Source of the DNA: Nemertoderma westbladi
Lineage: Eukaryota > Animalia > Xenacoelomorpha
DNA: 54,680 nt
NCBI GenBank assembly: GCA_032718475.1
Contig: JAUCBJ010006165.1
Location: forward strand, 1-54,680
Reading direction: 5' to 3'
Part shown: positions 39,807 to 52,091 of the stretch, in pieces
How positions within the stretch are numbered: the first letter of the stretch is position 1
Layout: every line of letters begins with the position of its first letter
Notes under the pieces: model-generated
Told to the model about the DNA's origin: nothing
The model's input: the letters and a program-made list of their open reading frames with translations, nothing else
Database searches by the model: none
Position numbers and translations under genes: made by a program

Positions 39807-41400
39807 TAATAATAATAATAATAATAATTTCTTTTTATTCGCAAAAACTCCGCAACAAGTTAAAAAACCGCACAGAGGCAGCCTAACAGAATAAGATCCC
39901 ATTATAGCTGATTATTACGCGAATAAAGCGTCACAACCTACGATTTTAATTTGTACTATAAAATTAACATACAGTAGGTTTAGTACTCAACTAATCTATA
40001 ATAATGTACTGTACAATATGTACACAGTACCTTAAGCACAAACTTCGATCAAACTCGTTAGCCAGCTGTCTCCGGCATATATTTGTTTAAATTTATAGTC
40101 ATATTAGTGTGTTTAATTTATGTTATGTCGTCACGTGAGTACATTTTGTAAAATTCCTTCTTTAGTTTATTTGTAAATTTGCTATATGACTTTGTTTCGC
40201 GAATATTTAAATTTAGAGAATTCCACAGTCTCGTACAACTAACCATCACGCTGTTGTATCCAAATTTTGTTTTTGTTACTTTGATACGGAATGTTCTTTT
40301 ATTTATGTTTTTATTTTGCATTTTAAAATTTTTAAGGAAAGCAATACTTAGATTTTTAAATGGTGTTGATAAATCGAAAAAATATTTAAAGAAGTATTTT
40401 AGTACGTAGAAATTTCGAAGTGCTTGTAAGTGGGGTAATTTTGCCTTAGTGCGTAATTCTGTCCCAGTGGCATCTCTGATTTTTTTGCAGTAGACAGTGC
40501 GTAGCCCGTAGTTTTGAATTTTATCTAGCCCGTAAAGTAATTCTTTGTACCCGTGTGTCATATGTAGTGGTGTAATAATTTCACAGCAGTAATTATGTAG
40601 TGGTAGGACAGTAGCCTTATACACTGTTAGTTTCGTGTTAGTAGGTAATTGACCTTTAATAAGTCTTAAACATGATACTGCATGGGTCATTTTCTCAGCA
40701 ATCAATTTTATTTTATTTGTGGCTTCCAAGTAATTTTATTATCAATTATTATTCCTAGGTATTTAAATTGCGAGCTCTGTTTAACGGTTGCTTTTCCTAT
40801 GTGCAGGTTAATTTTTTCTATCTCATTTGTTCTAGAATGTGGAGTTATTAAAATAAATTCAGTTTTTTCGGGATTTAGTTGCATTTTTAAACTTGAAAAG
40901 GTACTATCTATTTTTAATATACGATTTGATAGAGTTTGGGTAGCAGCGATCGGATCCGGTCCTGATGCAAAGATGAGAGTGTCGTCAGCGTATTGAATGA
41001 TGTTAAGGTCTTCAGATTCAGCAATTTCGTTGACGTATATGAGGAACATAAGAGGTCCCAAAAGTGTTCCTTGCGGAATTCCCCGTTCAGTCTGTTCCCA
41101 ACTGGAGAAGTTACCGTTGAGCTTAACCCTTTGTTTTCGTTGGCAAAGGTAGTCTTTCATTAGGGAGACAGCAGTCGAATGGAGACCAATTTCTTTTAAT
41201 TTTAGAAGAAGAATATGATGATTCAACGAATCGAAAGCCTTACTTAGCTACAGCCACGTGATTTCCTTTGTCAAGTTTTGATCGCCAATTCTCAGTTGCG
41301 TATATAATCACATCCTTAGTAGAAAAAGATTTCCGAAAACCAAACTGTTTGCTAGGGAGTAGTTTATTTTTAGTTATGTATGTGATTAATTGTATATAGA
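39807..41400 (-). mobile_element. CR1/L2-group LINE, 5'-truncated, frameshifted RT
   Basis: QFGFRK, GIPQGTLLGPLMFLIYVNE, QYADDT and KYLGIIID motifs in ORFs 40708-41226 and 40118-40729. The 3' end has aataaa and a (tta)n tail at ~39807-39826. Confidence 0.9.
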
Positions 41401-41514
41401 TGACATGTAGATTGATATCATATTTATATATATAATAATGAAGATTTGATGGAAAAAAACCATATCTCTAATGAGATATTGAGGACGGGACGGTGCCGGA
41501 CTGCCATGTCAGTG

Positions 41515-42080
41515 AACATAAACTCTGTACATAAACTGGTAACTGTAACATAAAATGGTAACTGTAACATAAACTGGTAACTGTAACATAAACTGGTAAC
41601 TGTAACATAAACTGGTAACTGTAACATAAACTGGTAACTGTAACATAAACTGGTAACTGTAACATAAACTGGTAACTGTAACATAAACTCTGTAACATAA
41701 ACTGGTAACTGTAACATAAACTGGTAACTGTAACATAAACTGGTAACTGTAACATAAACTGGTAACTGTAACATAAACTGGTAACTGTAACATAAACTGG
41801 TAACTGTAACATAAACTGGTAACTGTAACATAAACTCTGTAACATAAACTGGTAACTGTAACATAAACTGGTAACTGTAACATAAACTGGTAACTGTAAC
41901 ATAAACTGGTAACTGTAACATAAACTGGTAACTGTAACATAAACTGGTAACTGTAACATAAACTGGTAAATGTAACATAAATTGGTAACTGTAACATAAA
42001 CTGGTAACTGTAACATAAACAGGTAACTGTAACATAAACTGGTAACTGTAACATAAACTGGTAAATGTAACATAAACTGT
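41515..42080. repeat. 19-bp minisatellite (aacataaactggtaactgt) x~30
   Basis: Directly visible; begins ~90 bp past the sulfotransferase stop codon. Confidence 0.97.
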
Positions 42081-42168
42081 TAAATATAATTTATAGTCTT
42101 ACTAAATTAAATATAATGTTGTGGTTATATATAACTGAGCAGTATAAATATATCACTAATAGAAAACA

Positions 42169-43551
42169 TCAAACAGGATTAACAGTCTGTGGGCCTAACA
42201 GATATTCCGAAGTACCAGGGTAGTAACCCAATTGCTCGAGATTTACGTACTGTCCGCAGTTCGAGTATACACTGTCTGCAGTAGCATTGGGCATCACCCC
42301 CCGCCAAGCCATCGCTATCGCCTCCGCTGACTTGTGATCCACAACATCCCTCCACATCCTGTAATTATATTGCTCGTAAAAAGTGTTATTTTTCACAAAT
42401 TTTTCTACCGCTTCTTCTTTTGGAAGAGAGAGTCGTCTATAAAGCCTTTCGTAGAAACCAATAGGGTCGATGGCAAGGTCCTCATAACGAATAATGACTG
42501 TCGCCTTTGAAATTGCAGGGTCTGTCTGGACCGTATTCACCATATTTGCCATCCATGGGCAGTAGACTAGTTCCGTGACTTCCTCTGCAGTATATTTACC
42601 CAACTTACTTTTAGCTAATGAATCGATTATTTTAGCCATCGATGACGCCTGGCCACGCGGGTCCCTAAACAAAACTACAATCTTAAAATTATCTTCCAAG
42701 ACAAGCCGGCGTACTGCCGGACCTAAATCCATAACTCGGGTTGTCTTGATCACACGAATGTCCTTCCCTAAACACATTTCCCGAACTCCATCCAAATCAT
42801 AGTTAGCATTGCCAACGAAACCCCCGTTTGCGGAATTCTTACATATTCCCGCATCCATAATCAATTTTGTTTCACAACCTTTGTTAAACATTTTGAAGGA
42901 ATTTGGCCATTCGCAATTCAACAAATACTCCAAGGATCCTCTTTTAACTGCGTCGGGAAATTCCCAAGGTAACAACCTATTTTTATAATAATCGAAAAAT
43001 GAATCGCAAGTCTCATTAAATTGAGTAAAGAGACTGCAGTTACCTTTACGACTAAGCAATGCATTATTCACATATTTCAAAGGTTCATAAAAGTAGAAAA
43101 TATTAGGGTTTTGGTTGAAGATTTCACCAGTGAAACTGGAACCAGTGCGCATAAAAGTAACCAAAATAATTTTTAAAGGGTTGTAATTTGGAACTGTTGA
43201 TGTCATATGTGTATATAATCTACCATTGGCTGCCGCACTTGCTGTCCCATGGGTGGGACTCTTCTCATTGGTTGATGGGCGTACTGAATTGCTAAATGTA
43301 GAAGGTTTTTCATTGGTTGGTGTAGATCCCAGGTCATTCCATTGTAAAAAACTTCCATCTTCCCGTCCTGTTGTTGCTGTTCTAGGCGGAGGGATGTTTT
43401 CATTGGCTGATTCTTTGGGCGAATAGGAGATTATATAATAGATGGTATCATACGTTTGATTTGGATATAGGTATAATAATGATAGGGGTGCAGCAATAAA
43501 TGCTAGTAGGATTATAAAATTACGCCAAGTGATTACACGACGTGACGCCAT
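42169..43551 (-). CDS. Golgi carbohydrate (Gal/GlcNAc) 6-O-sulfotransferase, CHST1-family-like, 460 aa, single coding exon
   Basis: N-terminal TM helix, Ser/Thr-rich stem, 5'-PSB motif TFMRTGSSFTGEIFNQNP..YFYEP, 3'-PB motif LFRDPRG, and IRYEDLA. First ATG at 43551; possible 5' UTR acceptor ttgtag| near 43583. Confidence 0.92.
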   Translation of the reverse strand: MASRRVITWRNFIILLAFIAAPLSLLYLYPNQTYDTIYYIISYSPKESANENIPPPRTATTGREDGSFLQWNDLGSTPTNEKPSTFSNSVRPSTNEKSPTHGTASAAANGRLYTHMTSTVPNYNPLKIILVTFMRTGSSFTGEIFNQNPNIFYFYEPLKYVNNALLSRKGNCSLFTQFNETCDSFFDYYKNRLLPWEFPDAVKRGSLEYLLNCEWPNSFKMFNKGCETKLIMDAGICKNSANGGFVGNANYDLDGVREMCLGKDIRVIKTTRVMDLGPAVRRLVLEDNFKIVVLFRDPRGQASSMAKIIDSLAKSKLGKYTAEEVTELVYCPWMANMVNTVQTDPAISKATVIIRYEDLAIDPIGFYERLYRRLSLPKEEAVEKFVKNNTFYEQYNYRMWRDVVDHKSAEAIAMAWRGVMPNATADSVYSNCGQYVNLEQLGYYPGTSEYLLGPQTVNPV

Positions 43552-43882
43552 CACCAAAGTATAACAGAATTATATAATTTAACCTACAATAATACTTCTT
43601 AGATAGATTGATAAAAGTGGCTGCGAAAGTGATTTTTCCAGAGAATTCGGGTGGGGAGTGTAAAACCATGGAATACTAAAAATACACGGAAGGGGTATGA
43701 TACATTTGTCCTTTCGTGTATATTTAGTATTCCATGGTAAAACCCTCACATATAAACTTACTATAAAGTTTGTCAACACAACTTTTATTCAATAAACTGT
43801 TTATTTGAAATGAACAACTTTATCAAAGTTACAGCTGACTCATTTAAATCCAGAAAACACTGCAAAAATTGTTGGACCATGG

Positions 43883-44298
43883 TAGAGTTTAAACTGGATC
43901 CCGATCCCGATCCCGTCCCGACTTTTTTGGAACGGGATCCCGAGTGAAGTAAATTTCTTTAATATCCCATAAATTCCGACCGGTATTTGTACCAGAACAG
44001 AACTGTAATGATTATAGGGAATTGTCGGATTACTGGATGTCTGTAAACAATCCACCCCAGTAATCAACTATAAATACATTTGAATATAATTTCATCTTAC
44101 TAATATTTCAGCAGTGTGAAATAAAGTGATATAATTTTGCCAAAAACACGTTGTATACTAACACAGCAATATATACTGAAAACTTTAAGAAAATTTTATT
44201 CAAAATTGCAATCCCGATCCCGAAATCGGGATCCCAAGAGTGATAATCACGGTCCCGATCGCGGAGATCCCAAAAAGTCTGATCCCGTTTAAACATTA
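43883..44298. mobile_element. hAT-like MITE with gatccc subterminal repeats
   Basis: Imperfect TIRs tagagtttaaactggatc / gatcccgtttaaacatta; 8-bp flanks gaccatgg / gccaatgt match 5 of 8. Confidence 0.65.
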
Positions 44299-44390
44299 GC
44301 CAATGTGCGTTATCCTGGACATTTCCCAGTGACAAAGAATGATAGATGGAATTGATAGATTGGATGGTTGGATGGGAAAGAAGGATTATA

Positions 44391-44444
44391 TTTTATCATC
44401 ACTGGAGCTCTAGCTCGAGTTCCTAGCTATTACTAGTTTGTGGT

Positions 44445-44535
<91 letters not shown>

Positions 44536-45010
44536 AATGTTTGAACGCTAATAAGTCGGTCACTCCTGGATGAAATGGAACCAAACTTGGAACACACACA
44601 CATGTAGTCTATCTAAAGTTTAGACATTCTACACACAGACAGACATTTATAGTTCCTCTGTCTGCGACTACGGGGCGAATTGAAAGAAACGTAAAAGAAG
44701 CTGTAATTAGAGAACCAACCATCAGATTGATCTGAAATTTGGTAGTAGTAACCTAGGAGCATTGCTAAGTAGAAATTATACACACAGGCAGACTTTTATA
44801 GTTCTTCTGTCTGCCGCTAGGGGGCGAATTGACAGAAACGTAAAATAAGCTGTAATTAGAGAACCAACCATCAGATTCATCTGAAATTTGGTAGTAGTAA
44901 CCTACGAGCATTGCTTAATTTGAAATTCTACACACAGACAGACTTTTACATTTCCTATGTATGCCGCTAGGGGGCGAATAAAGCTCCAGTTCATCGTGCT
45001 TAGCAAGGTT
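44391..45010 (+). mobile_element. Helentron-associated (HINE/DINE-1-like) non-autonomous element
   Basis: Subterminal inverted repeat actggagct / agctccagt, (tggc)n microsatellite, accaaacttgg core, internal ~160-bp tandem duplication, short 3' hairpin and T-rich ends. Confidence 0.65.
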
Positions 45011-45185
45011 TAATTATTATAGGAAGGAAATCAAGCACTATTTTATAATATATATATATAATTAAAACAAATCCTTGAAAAGGAACAGGTTACAGTGGGG
45101 TAACCAAAATAATAAACAATACTCAATAAAACTGGTTAATGGTTGATTTAAAAAATGCACCAATCATGCGAAAGGAGCAGGGAAC

Positions 45186-47295
45186 AAATGAGAGTACTGC
45201 CGAGCCTAACAGCCAATCAAATGTGAGTACTGCCGAGTCTAAAAGCCAATACAATGCGAGTACTGCCTAGTCTAACAGCCAATTAAATGGGAGTACTGCC
45301 TAGTCTAACAGCCAATCTAATGAGAGTACTAACTAGTCTAACAGCCAATCCAATGAGAGTACTAACTAGTCTAACAGCCAATCCAATGAGAGTACTAACT
45401 AGTCTAACAGCCAATCCAATGAAAGTACTAACTAGTCTAACAGTCAATCCTATGAAAGTACTAACTAGTCTAACAGCCAATCCAATGCGAGTACTGAACC
45501 GGCAATCCAATGAGAGTACTAACTAGTCTAACAGCCAATCCAATGCGAGTACTAACTAGTCTAACAGCCAATCCAATGAAAGTACTAACTAGTCTAACAG
45601 CCAATCCAATGTAAGTACTAACTGTACTAACTAGTCTAACAGCCAATCCAATGCGAGTACTGAACAGCCAATGCAATGAGAGTACTAACTAGTCTAACAG
45701 CCGATCGGATGAAAGTACAAACTAGTCTAACAGCCAATCCAATGCGAGTACTGAACAGCCAATCCAATGAGAGTACTAACTAGTCTAACATCCAATCCAA
45801 TGGGAGTTCTGAACAGCCAATCCAATGCGAGTACTGAACAGCCAATCCAATGAGAGTACTAACTAGTCTAACAGCAAATCCAATGAAAGTACTAACTAGT
45901 CTAACAGCCAATCCAATGAAAGTACTAACTAGTCTAACAGCCAATCCAATGCGAGTACTGATCAACCAATCCAATGCGAGTACTGAACAGCCAATCCAAT
46001 GCGAGTACTGAACAGCCAATCCAATGAGAGTACTAACTAGTCTAACAGTCAATCTGATGAAAGTACAAACTAGTCTAACAGCCAATCCAATGGGAGTTCT
46101 GAACAGCCAATCCAATGCGAGTACTGAACAGCCAATCCAATGAGAGTACTAACTAGTCTAACAGCAAATCCAATGAAAGTACTAACTAGTCTAACAGCCA
46201 ATCCAATGAAAGTACTAACTAGTCTAACAGTCAATCCAATGAAAGTACTAACTAGTCTAACAGTCAATCTGATGAAAGTACAAACTAGTCTAACAGCCAA
46301 TCCAATGGGAGTTCTGAACAGCCAATCCAATGCGAGTACTGAACAGCCAATCCAATGAGAGTACTAACTAGTCTAACAGCAAATCCAATGAAAGTACTAA
46401 CTAGTCTAACAGCCAATCCAATGAAAGTACTAACTAGTCTAACAATCAATCCTATGAAAGTACTAACTAGTCTAACAGCCAATCCAATGAAAGTACTAAC
46501 TAGTCTAACAGCCAATCCAATGAGAGTACTGAACAGCCAATCCAATGAGAGTACTAACTAGTCTAACATCCAATCCAATGGGAGTTCTGAACAGCCAATC
46601 CAATGCGAGTACTGAACAGCCAATCCCATGAGAGTACTAACTAGTCTAACAGCCAATCCTATGAAAGTACTGAACAGCTAATCCAATGCGAGTACTGAAC
46701 AGCCAATCCCATGAGAGTACTAACTAGTCTAACAGCCAATCTGATGAAAGTACAAACTAGTCTAACAGCCAATCCAATGGGAGTACTGAACAGCCAATCC
46801 CATGAGAGTTCTAACTAGTCTAACAGTCAATCCTATGAAAGTACTAACTAGTCTAACAGCCAATCCTATGAAAGTACTAACTAGTCTAACAGCCAATCCA
46901 ATGAGAGTACTAACTAGTCTAACAGCCAATCCAATGCGAATACTAACTAGTCTAACAGCCAACTCAATGAGAGTACTAACTAGTCTAACAGCCAATCCAA
47001 TGCGAGTACTGAACAGCCAATCCAATGAGAGTACTAACTAGTCTAACAGCCAATCTGATGAAAGTACAAACTAGTCTAACAGCCAATCCAATGCGAGTAC
47101 TGAACAGCCAATCCAATGAGAGTACTAACTAGTCTAACAGCCAATCCAATGAGAGTACTGAACAGCTAATACAATGCGAGTACTGAACAGCCAATCCCAT
47201 GAGAGTACTAACTAGTCTAACAGCAAATCCTATGAAAGTACTAACTAGTCTAACAGCCAATCCAATAAAAGTACTAACTAGTCTACTAGTCTAAC
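45186..47295. repeat. Composite 33/25-bp satellite (gagagtactaactagtctaacagccaatccaat / gcgagtactgaacagccaatccaat)
   Basis: Two related unit lengths are interspersed, with a local ~215-bp higher-order period. Degenerate copies lie at the left edge. Confidence 0.96.
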
Positions 47296-47296
47296 G

Positions 47297-50200
47297 GTAC
47301 TACTAGGGGTAGTACCAGTGAGGGTGATCGGGGAAGGCAATCGATCAGTAACCACACTGATGCTGGTCGACAGTGGAGCAGCCTTCACCTTGGTTGAGAA
47401 TTGGGTGGCCGAAGAGATAGGATTGAGAACGAGGCCAAGTAGAATGGCGGTAACAACCATCTCCAGCAAAGATGAGGTCCTGGAGATGAGGACCGGACGG
47501 TGCGGGATAGCAGCGATAGCACCAGGATGCGACTATGGGGTGACCATCGACCCCATCCAGGTGATAGAGTCGATAAATATCAACGCCAGGCGACCAACCA
47601 ACATCGAGGTCGAACAATATAAATTCCTGGACAGTGTCGACTTCTCAATCCCAGAGGTGGACATTAGGAAGGTATCCATTATAGTAGGAATGGACTGCCC
47701 GACGGCCCATGAGAGAATGCAAACGGTCTTCGGCGAAGACAGGCAGTGTGACCTGGTGGCGATCTTAACACCATTTGGGTGGACGCTGAGCGGCCCAATC
47801 AGAAGCAAAATACCGTTCAGGATGTCGGAGACATCAGGGTGCATGTTCGCGGGAACTATGCGAGAGATGGGAGATGAGGGAGTGGAGGAGCAGCTCAGGA
47901 GACTGCTCAGGCAAGATTTTGAGGGATTGAAAGAGACCGGGGTCGGAACCTCGGTAGAAGATAAACAGGCTCTACAAAGCGTAAAGGAATCGATGACATG
48001 CGACGAGGGGCGGTATACCTTAGGGATGGTATGGAAACTACCGAAGCTACCGCTACCCGACAATAAAGGAATGGTACTCACGATGCTTCGTAAGTTGAAG
48101 CAAATGCTAAAGTGGAGCCCCGAAAAGAATGAGTACATTCATAAGACGATTAGGAAGTATGTCGAGAAAGGATGGGCCGTAGAGTTACCGGTCGACGAAC
48201 CGAGCACGGACAGGACCTACTACCTGCCACTCCACGTGGCTCTAGATCCGAAGAAAGGTAAACTGCGGATGGTAGTTGACGCATCGGCTAAGACCAACAG
48301 CAAATGCTTAAACGATTATCTGCTGGAGGGTCCCAATATCTATAACTCAGGGATCGAGGTCCTACTCAGATTCAGGAACGGGAAACATGCCTTCACCTGC
48401 GACATCGAAGGCATGTTCAACCAAGTCCGTATAACGGAAGAGGATAGCGACAGTCAGCGCTTCCTATGGTACAATGGCGACGAGGAACCGTCGACAATAC
48501 CGATGTACAAGATGGTGGTGCAGAATATGGGAGCCAAGTCGTCTTCATTTACGACGACTGTGGCCGTAAGAGACACAGTAGATGGGAAAGAAGAGAGATA
48601 CAGTGCCAAAGCCGTCGATATGATTCGACACGGCTTCTATGTAGACGACGGGTTGGAGTCTGGAAATACGGTTAAGGAACTACTGGATACAGGGCACGAA
48701 GTTCGCGACATCCTTAAAGGATCCGGCTTCAACCTGACCAAGTTCCAATCCAGCTCGGAAGAGTTTATGAGAGCCATAGAGGACAGGAGGCCAGAGTCGG
48801 CCATGGATAATCCCACGACAACCAAGGGACAAGAAATGGCGAACAAGAGGATAGAGTACCAACAGAAGGCACTAGGGATCGTGTGGAACCGAGAGACAGA
48901 CGAACTGAAGTACCAATTGAGCCAGGAGGGCGCAGACATCCACACAAAGAGGGGCTACGTGTCGTACATAGCAAGGATATACGACCCCCTAGGCCTAGCA
49001 TCCCCATTACTAGTCACGGGGAAACAGATACTTAAGAAAGTATACAAACTAAAGGAGGAATGGGAGAGATCAGCAAGCAATGGAATAAGTGGACAGAGAG
49101 TTTAGAACAGATGGGGACATACAGCATGCCAAGGGTGTATTTCCCGGATGGGGACATGACGAATCTAGACCTGCACATGTTCTCCGATGCGTCATTGGAA
49201 GCATACGGAGCGGCACTCTACCTAGTACAACGGGAAGGGGCTCATAAGCCCAGGCTTGCATTCAGCAAAGCTAAGTCGACGCCGCCGGATTCAGCATTGG
49301 TCCCGAAACTCGAGTTGACAGCTGCAAGGTTAGGAGTAAGGGCCACAGCCTACTTAATGGATGCTATTCCCAACATAGTGGAAACACACTACTGGACGGA
49401 CTCCATGGTAGTGCTCGATGGCTACACAATGAAAGGACGAGATACCCTATATTCGTCGCAAATAGGGTGGACGAAATAAGAGCGACGACGGAATTGGAAA
49501 GGTGGCACTACTGCCCAACGGATGAGAACCCGGCGGACTTGTTATCAAGGGGCGTAGCACGCCACACTTTCTTGAAGAAGGAAGTATTGTGGCAGCACGG
49601 GCTGCAATTTCTGAACGATAAGACAGCCTGGCCACCGATGAAGAAGGTGGACCCGGGCTCGGAGGAAGTAGTATCAGAGGAAGAGGGAGGAGACTCAGAG
49701 GGTGAAGAGATATATAGCCAGATGGTGAGGGAGATAAGGGACGTGCAACCAAAACCGGAAGAACTGTGCGATAACCCGACGGACAGACTCCTTAGCTATA
49801 GCTCAAGTTGGTACAAGACCAACAAGTTAGTGGCGTACTGGAGAGCCTTCGGGGAATTCCTCAAGGGAGTCGGCAAAGACATAAAAAATAAAACAACCAT
49901 CGATCTGGAGGGAGCGGCCAAGGCCGTCATCCGCTACGAACAGAGAAAGAATTACGGCGACGAGGTGGAACGCGTCGGTAAACAACAGCATCTCCGATGG
50001 GACAGTGAGCTGATCGCGCTGTCGCACAACTCAATGATGATGGAATCTTAGTAATGAACTCCAGGGTGTTGAATAACAACAGTATCATCATTCCACCAAA
50101 GCCCATCATCATCCCTAATGGATCGCCGATAGTCCACCAGATCATCCGGGACTCCCACAAATCGATATTGCACGGGGGCACCAACCGGACCCTCACGGAG

Positions 50201-51225
50201 ATACGAAGGACCTTTTGGGTCAAACAGTTAAGGAAGAAGGTAAAGGCGGTAGTGGGGCAGTGCCAGACCTGCCGACGGACGAAGAAGGAGCGGGCCATAC
50301 AGGAGATGGCGCCACCACCGGCCAGTAGGGTGAGAAAGCACGACCCGCCATTCACGCACTGCGGTGTGGATATGTTCGGGCCGATAAAGATCAAGGTGAT
50401 GCGGCACACGGAGAAGCGTTACGGCATTATCTTCGTATGTAACAACACGCGGGCGGTAGGGATAGAACTCGCCCAAGATGCAACTGCATTGGCATTCATC
50501 AATGCCCTAGAGAGGTTCAGGGACCGCAAAGGTGGGATGATCGCAGTAATATACTCGGATAATGGAACCAACTTTGTGGGGGCGGAGAACGAGATGGCAG
50601 AGGCCTTGGACATCCTGGAAGGGGAGGAAGTCAGGGCAGCCATGAGAAGACGACAGGTGAAGTGGGAGGGGAGGACGCCGTATGCTCCGCATACTCTAGG
50701 ATGCATCGAGAGACTACCCACATGGTAACCGAAGATGTACTAAGGACAGTACTGGCAAAGTGCGAGGGTATCATTAATAGCAGACCGCTATATCCAGAAA
50801 ATGATGACCCAGAGTCATTAGATGTGTTGACGCCCAGTCACTTTCTAATGGAGAGACCAGCGACCATCGACATGCGGGGTGTGGACCCAGACGATATACA
50901 CTCCCGACAGAGTTGGAAAGTCGCTAAGGCGATAAGCGCGGAGTACTGGAGGAGGTGGGTCGAGGAATATCTACCCACGCTTATTAGGAGAAGCAAGTGG
51001 AGAAATATAAATAGGGAGTTGAAGGAGGGTGATCTGGTAATCGTCACGGACGATACCATCATCAACAACCAATGGAGATTGGCGAGAGTTGTGGGTACTT
51101 ACTCCGACGAGGACGGAAGAGTCCGATCGGTAGAGGTACGGATAGGTGGTAAGATAGGAGCGAAAGATAGGAAGACCTACAGGAGGGCTGTAGGCAAGTG
51201 CTGCCTTCTAGAGGGCGCACCATAA
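47297..51225 (+). pseudogene. BEL/Pao LTR retrotransposon pol (protease-RT-RNase H-integrase), frameshifted, gag and 5' LTR missing
   Basis: LVDSGA protease; YYLPLH, DIEGMFNQV, FYVDD RT; FSDAS...AYG, PKLEL, WTDS RNase H; H..HGG...C..C, GVDMFGP, SDNGTNFVG integrase; YWRRWVEEYL C-terminal block. Frame breaks near 49070, 49430, 50030 and 50720. Confidence 0.95.
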
Positions 51226-51260
51226 AGTTTAGTTTAGTTTAGTCGTCCAAGTTTTGGACT

Positions 51261-51280
51261 GGGGGGGGGGGGGGGGGGGG
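51261..51280 (+). other. Candidate polypurine tract followed by TG (possible LTR start at 51281)
   Basis: A G20 run 35 bp after the pol stop, followed by tgggattgag. This is the usual PPT position in BEL/Pao elements, but no second LTR is available to confirm it. Confidence 0.5.
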
Positions 51281-51389
51281 TGGGATTGAGGGCGAGACGC
51301 CCTTCCCACACATAAATATAAAAAAATAATAAATAAAGAAAGAGAAAGAGAGAGTAATAGTACGTAGTAGGTACGTAGTTAGTAAGTAG

Positions 51390-51625
51390 GCAGATAGAAG
51401 TTAGTAAGAGTTAGTAGTAAGAGGGTATGTAGTACCGTTAGTAGGAGTTAGTTAGAAGTTAGTAAGAGGGTACGTAGTACTGGTTAGTAGGAGTTAGTTA
51501 GAAGTTAGTAAGAGGGTACGTAGTACCAGTTATTAGGAGTTAGTGGAGTTAGAAGTTAGTAAGAGGGTACGTAGTTAGAGGTTATTAAGAGGGTACATAT
51601 AGTACCGTTAGCAGTAAGAGTTAGT
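51390..51625. repeat. Imperfect ~44-bp tandem repeats (gttagtaagagggtacgtagtacc...)
   Basis: About 5 visible copies in the non-coding spacer after pol. Confidence 0.75.
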
Positions 51626-52091
51626 AGCAGGAGGGTATGTATGATATGAAATATAGTGAGAGTTAGTAGAGATTAGTTAGGAAGTTAGTAGAGCTAGTAG
51701 TGAGTAGCGAGAGGGGGGCACGTGGGTACAGCTGGATAAATCGTGTAGGCCACGCGACGCATACTGTTGTACTGCACAAGCCCACGGAGTAGGCCAGAAT
51801 GTGGATTGTAAAATAGAATAATCCATTGGCAGAATACTGATAGCACAGTAGTAGGACTAAATTAAATATTAAAATAAAATAAAATTAGAAATTAGACAAA
51901 TTATGGTAACAGTAGGAGAAATATTCTGGAACATAATTAAAGTAACGGACAGAATTACGAAATTTAGTACAATTTGACACTTTTAGGAAATTAGGTAGGA
52001 AAATTAGGCGATAACCTAAGATTCAGCGAGAGATAGGCCATTATCGAACTGCACAGACCATCCTAACTTTATCACTCATCTGTATTGCGCC

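Noticed and set aside
41424-42073. Three ~200-aa minus-strand ORFs
   Set aside because: Artefacts of the 19-bp repeat.
51904-51920. tggtaacagtagg as a primer-binding site after a putative LTR
   Set aside because: I cannot match it confidently to a tRNA 3' end, and it is not immediately preceded by a clear LTR terminus.
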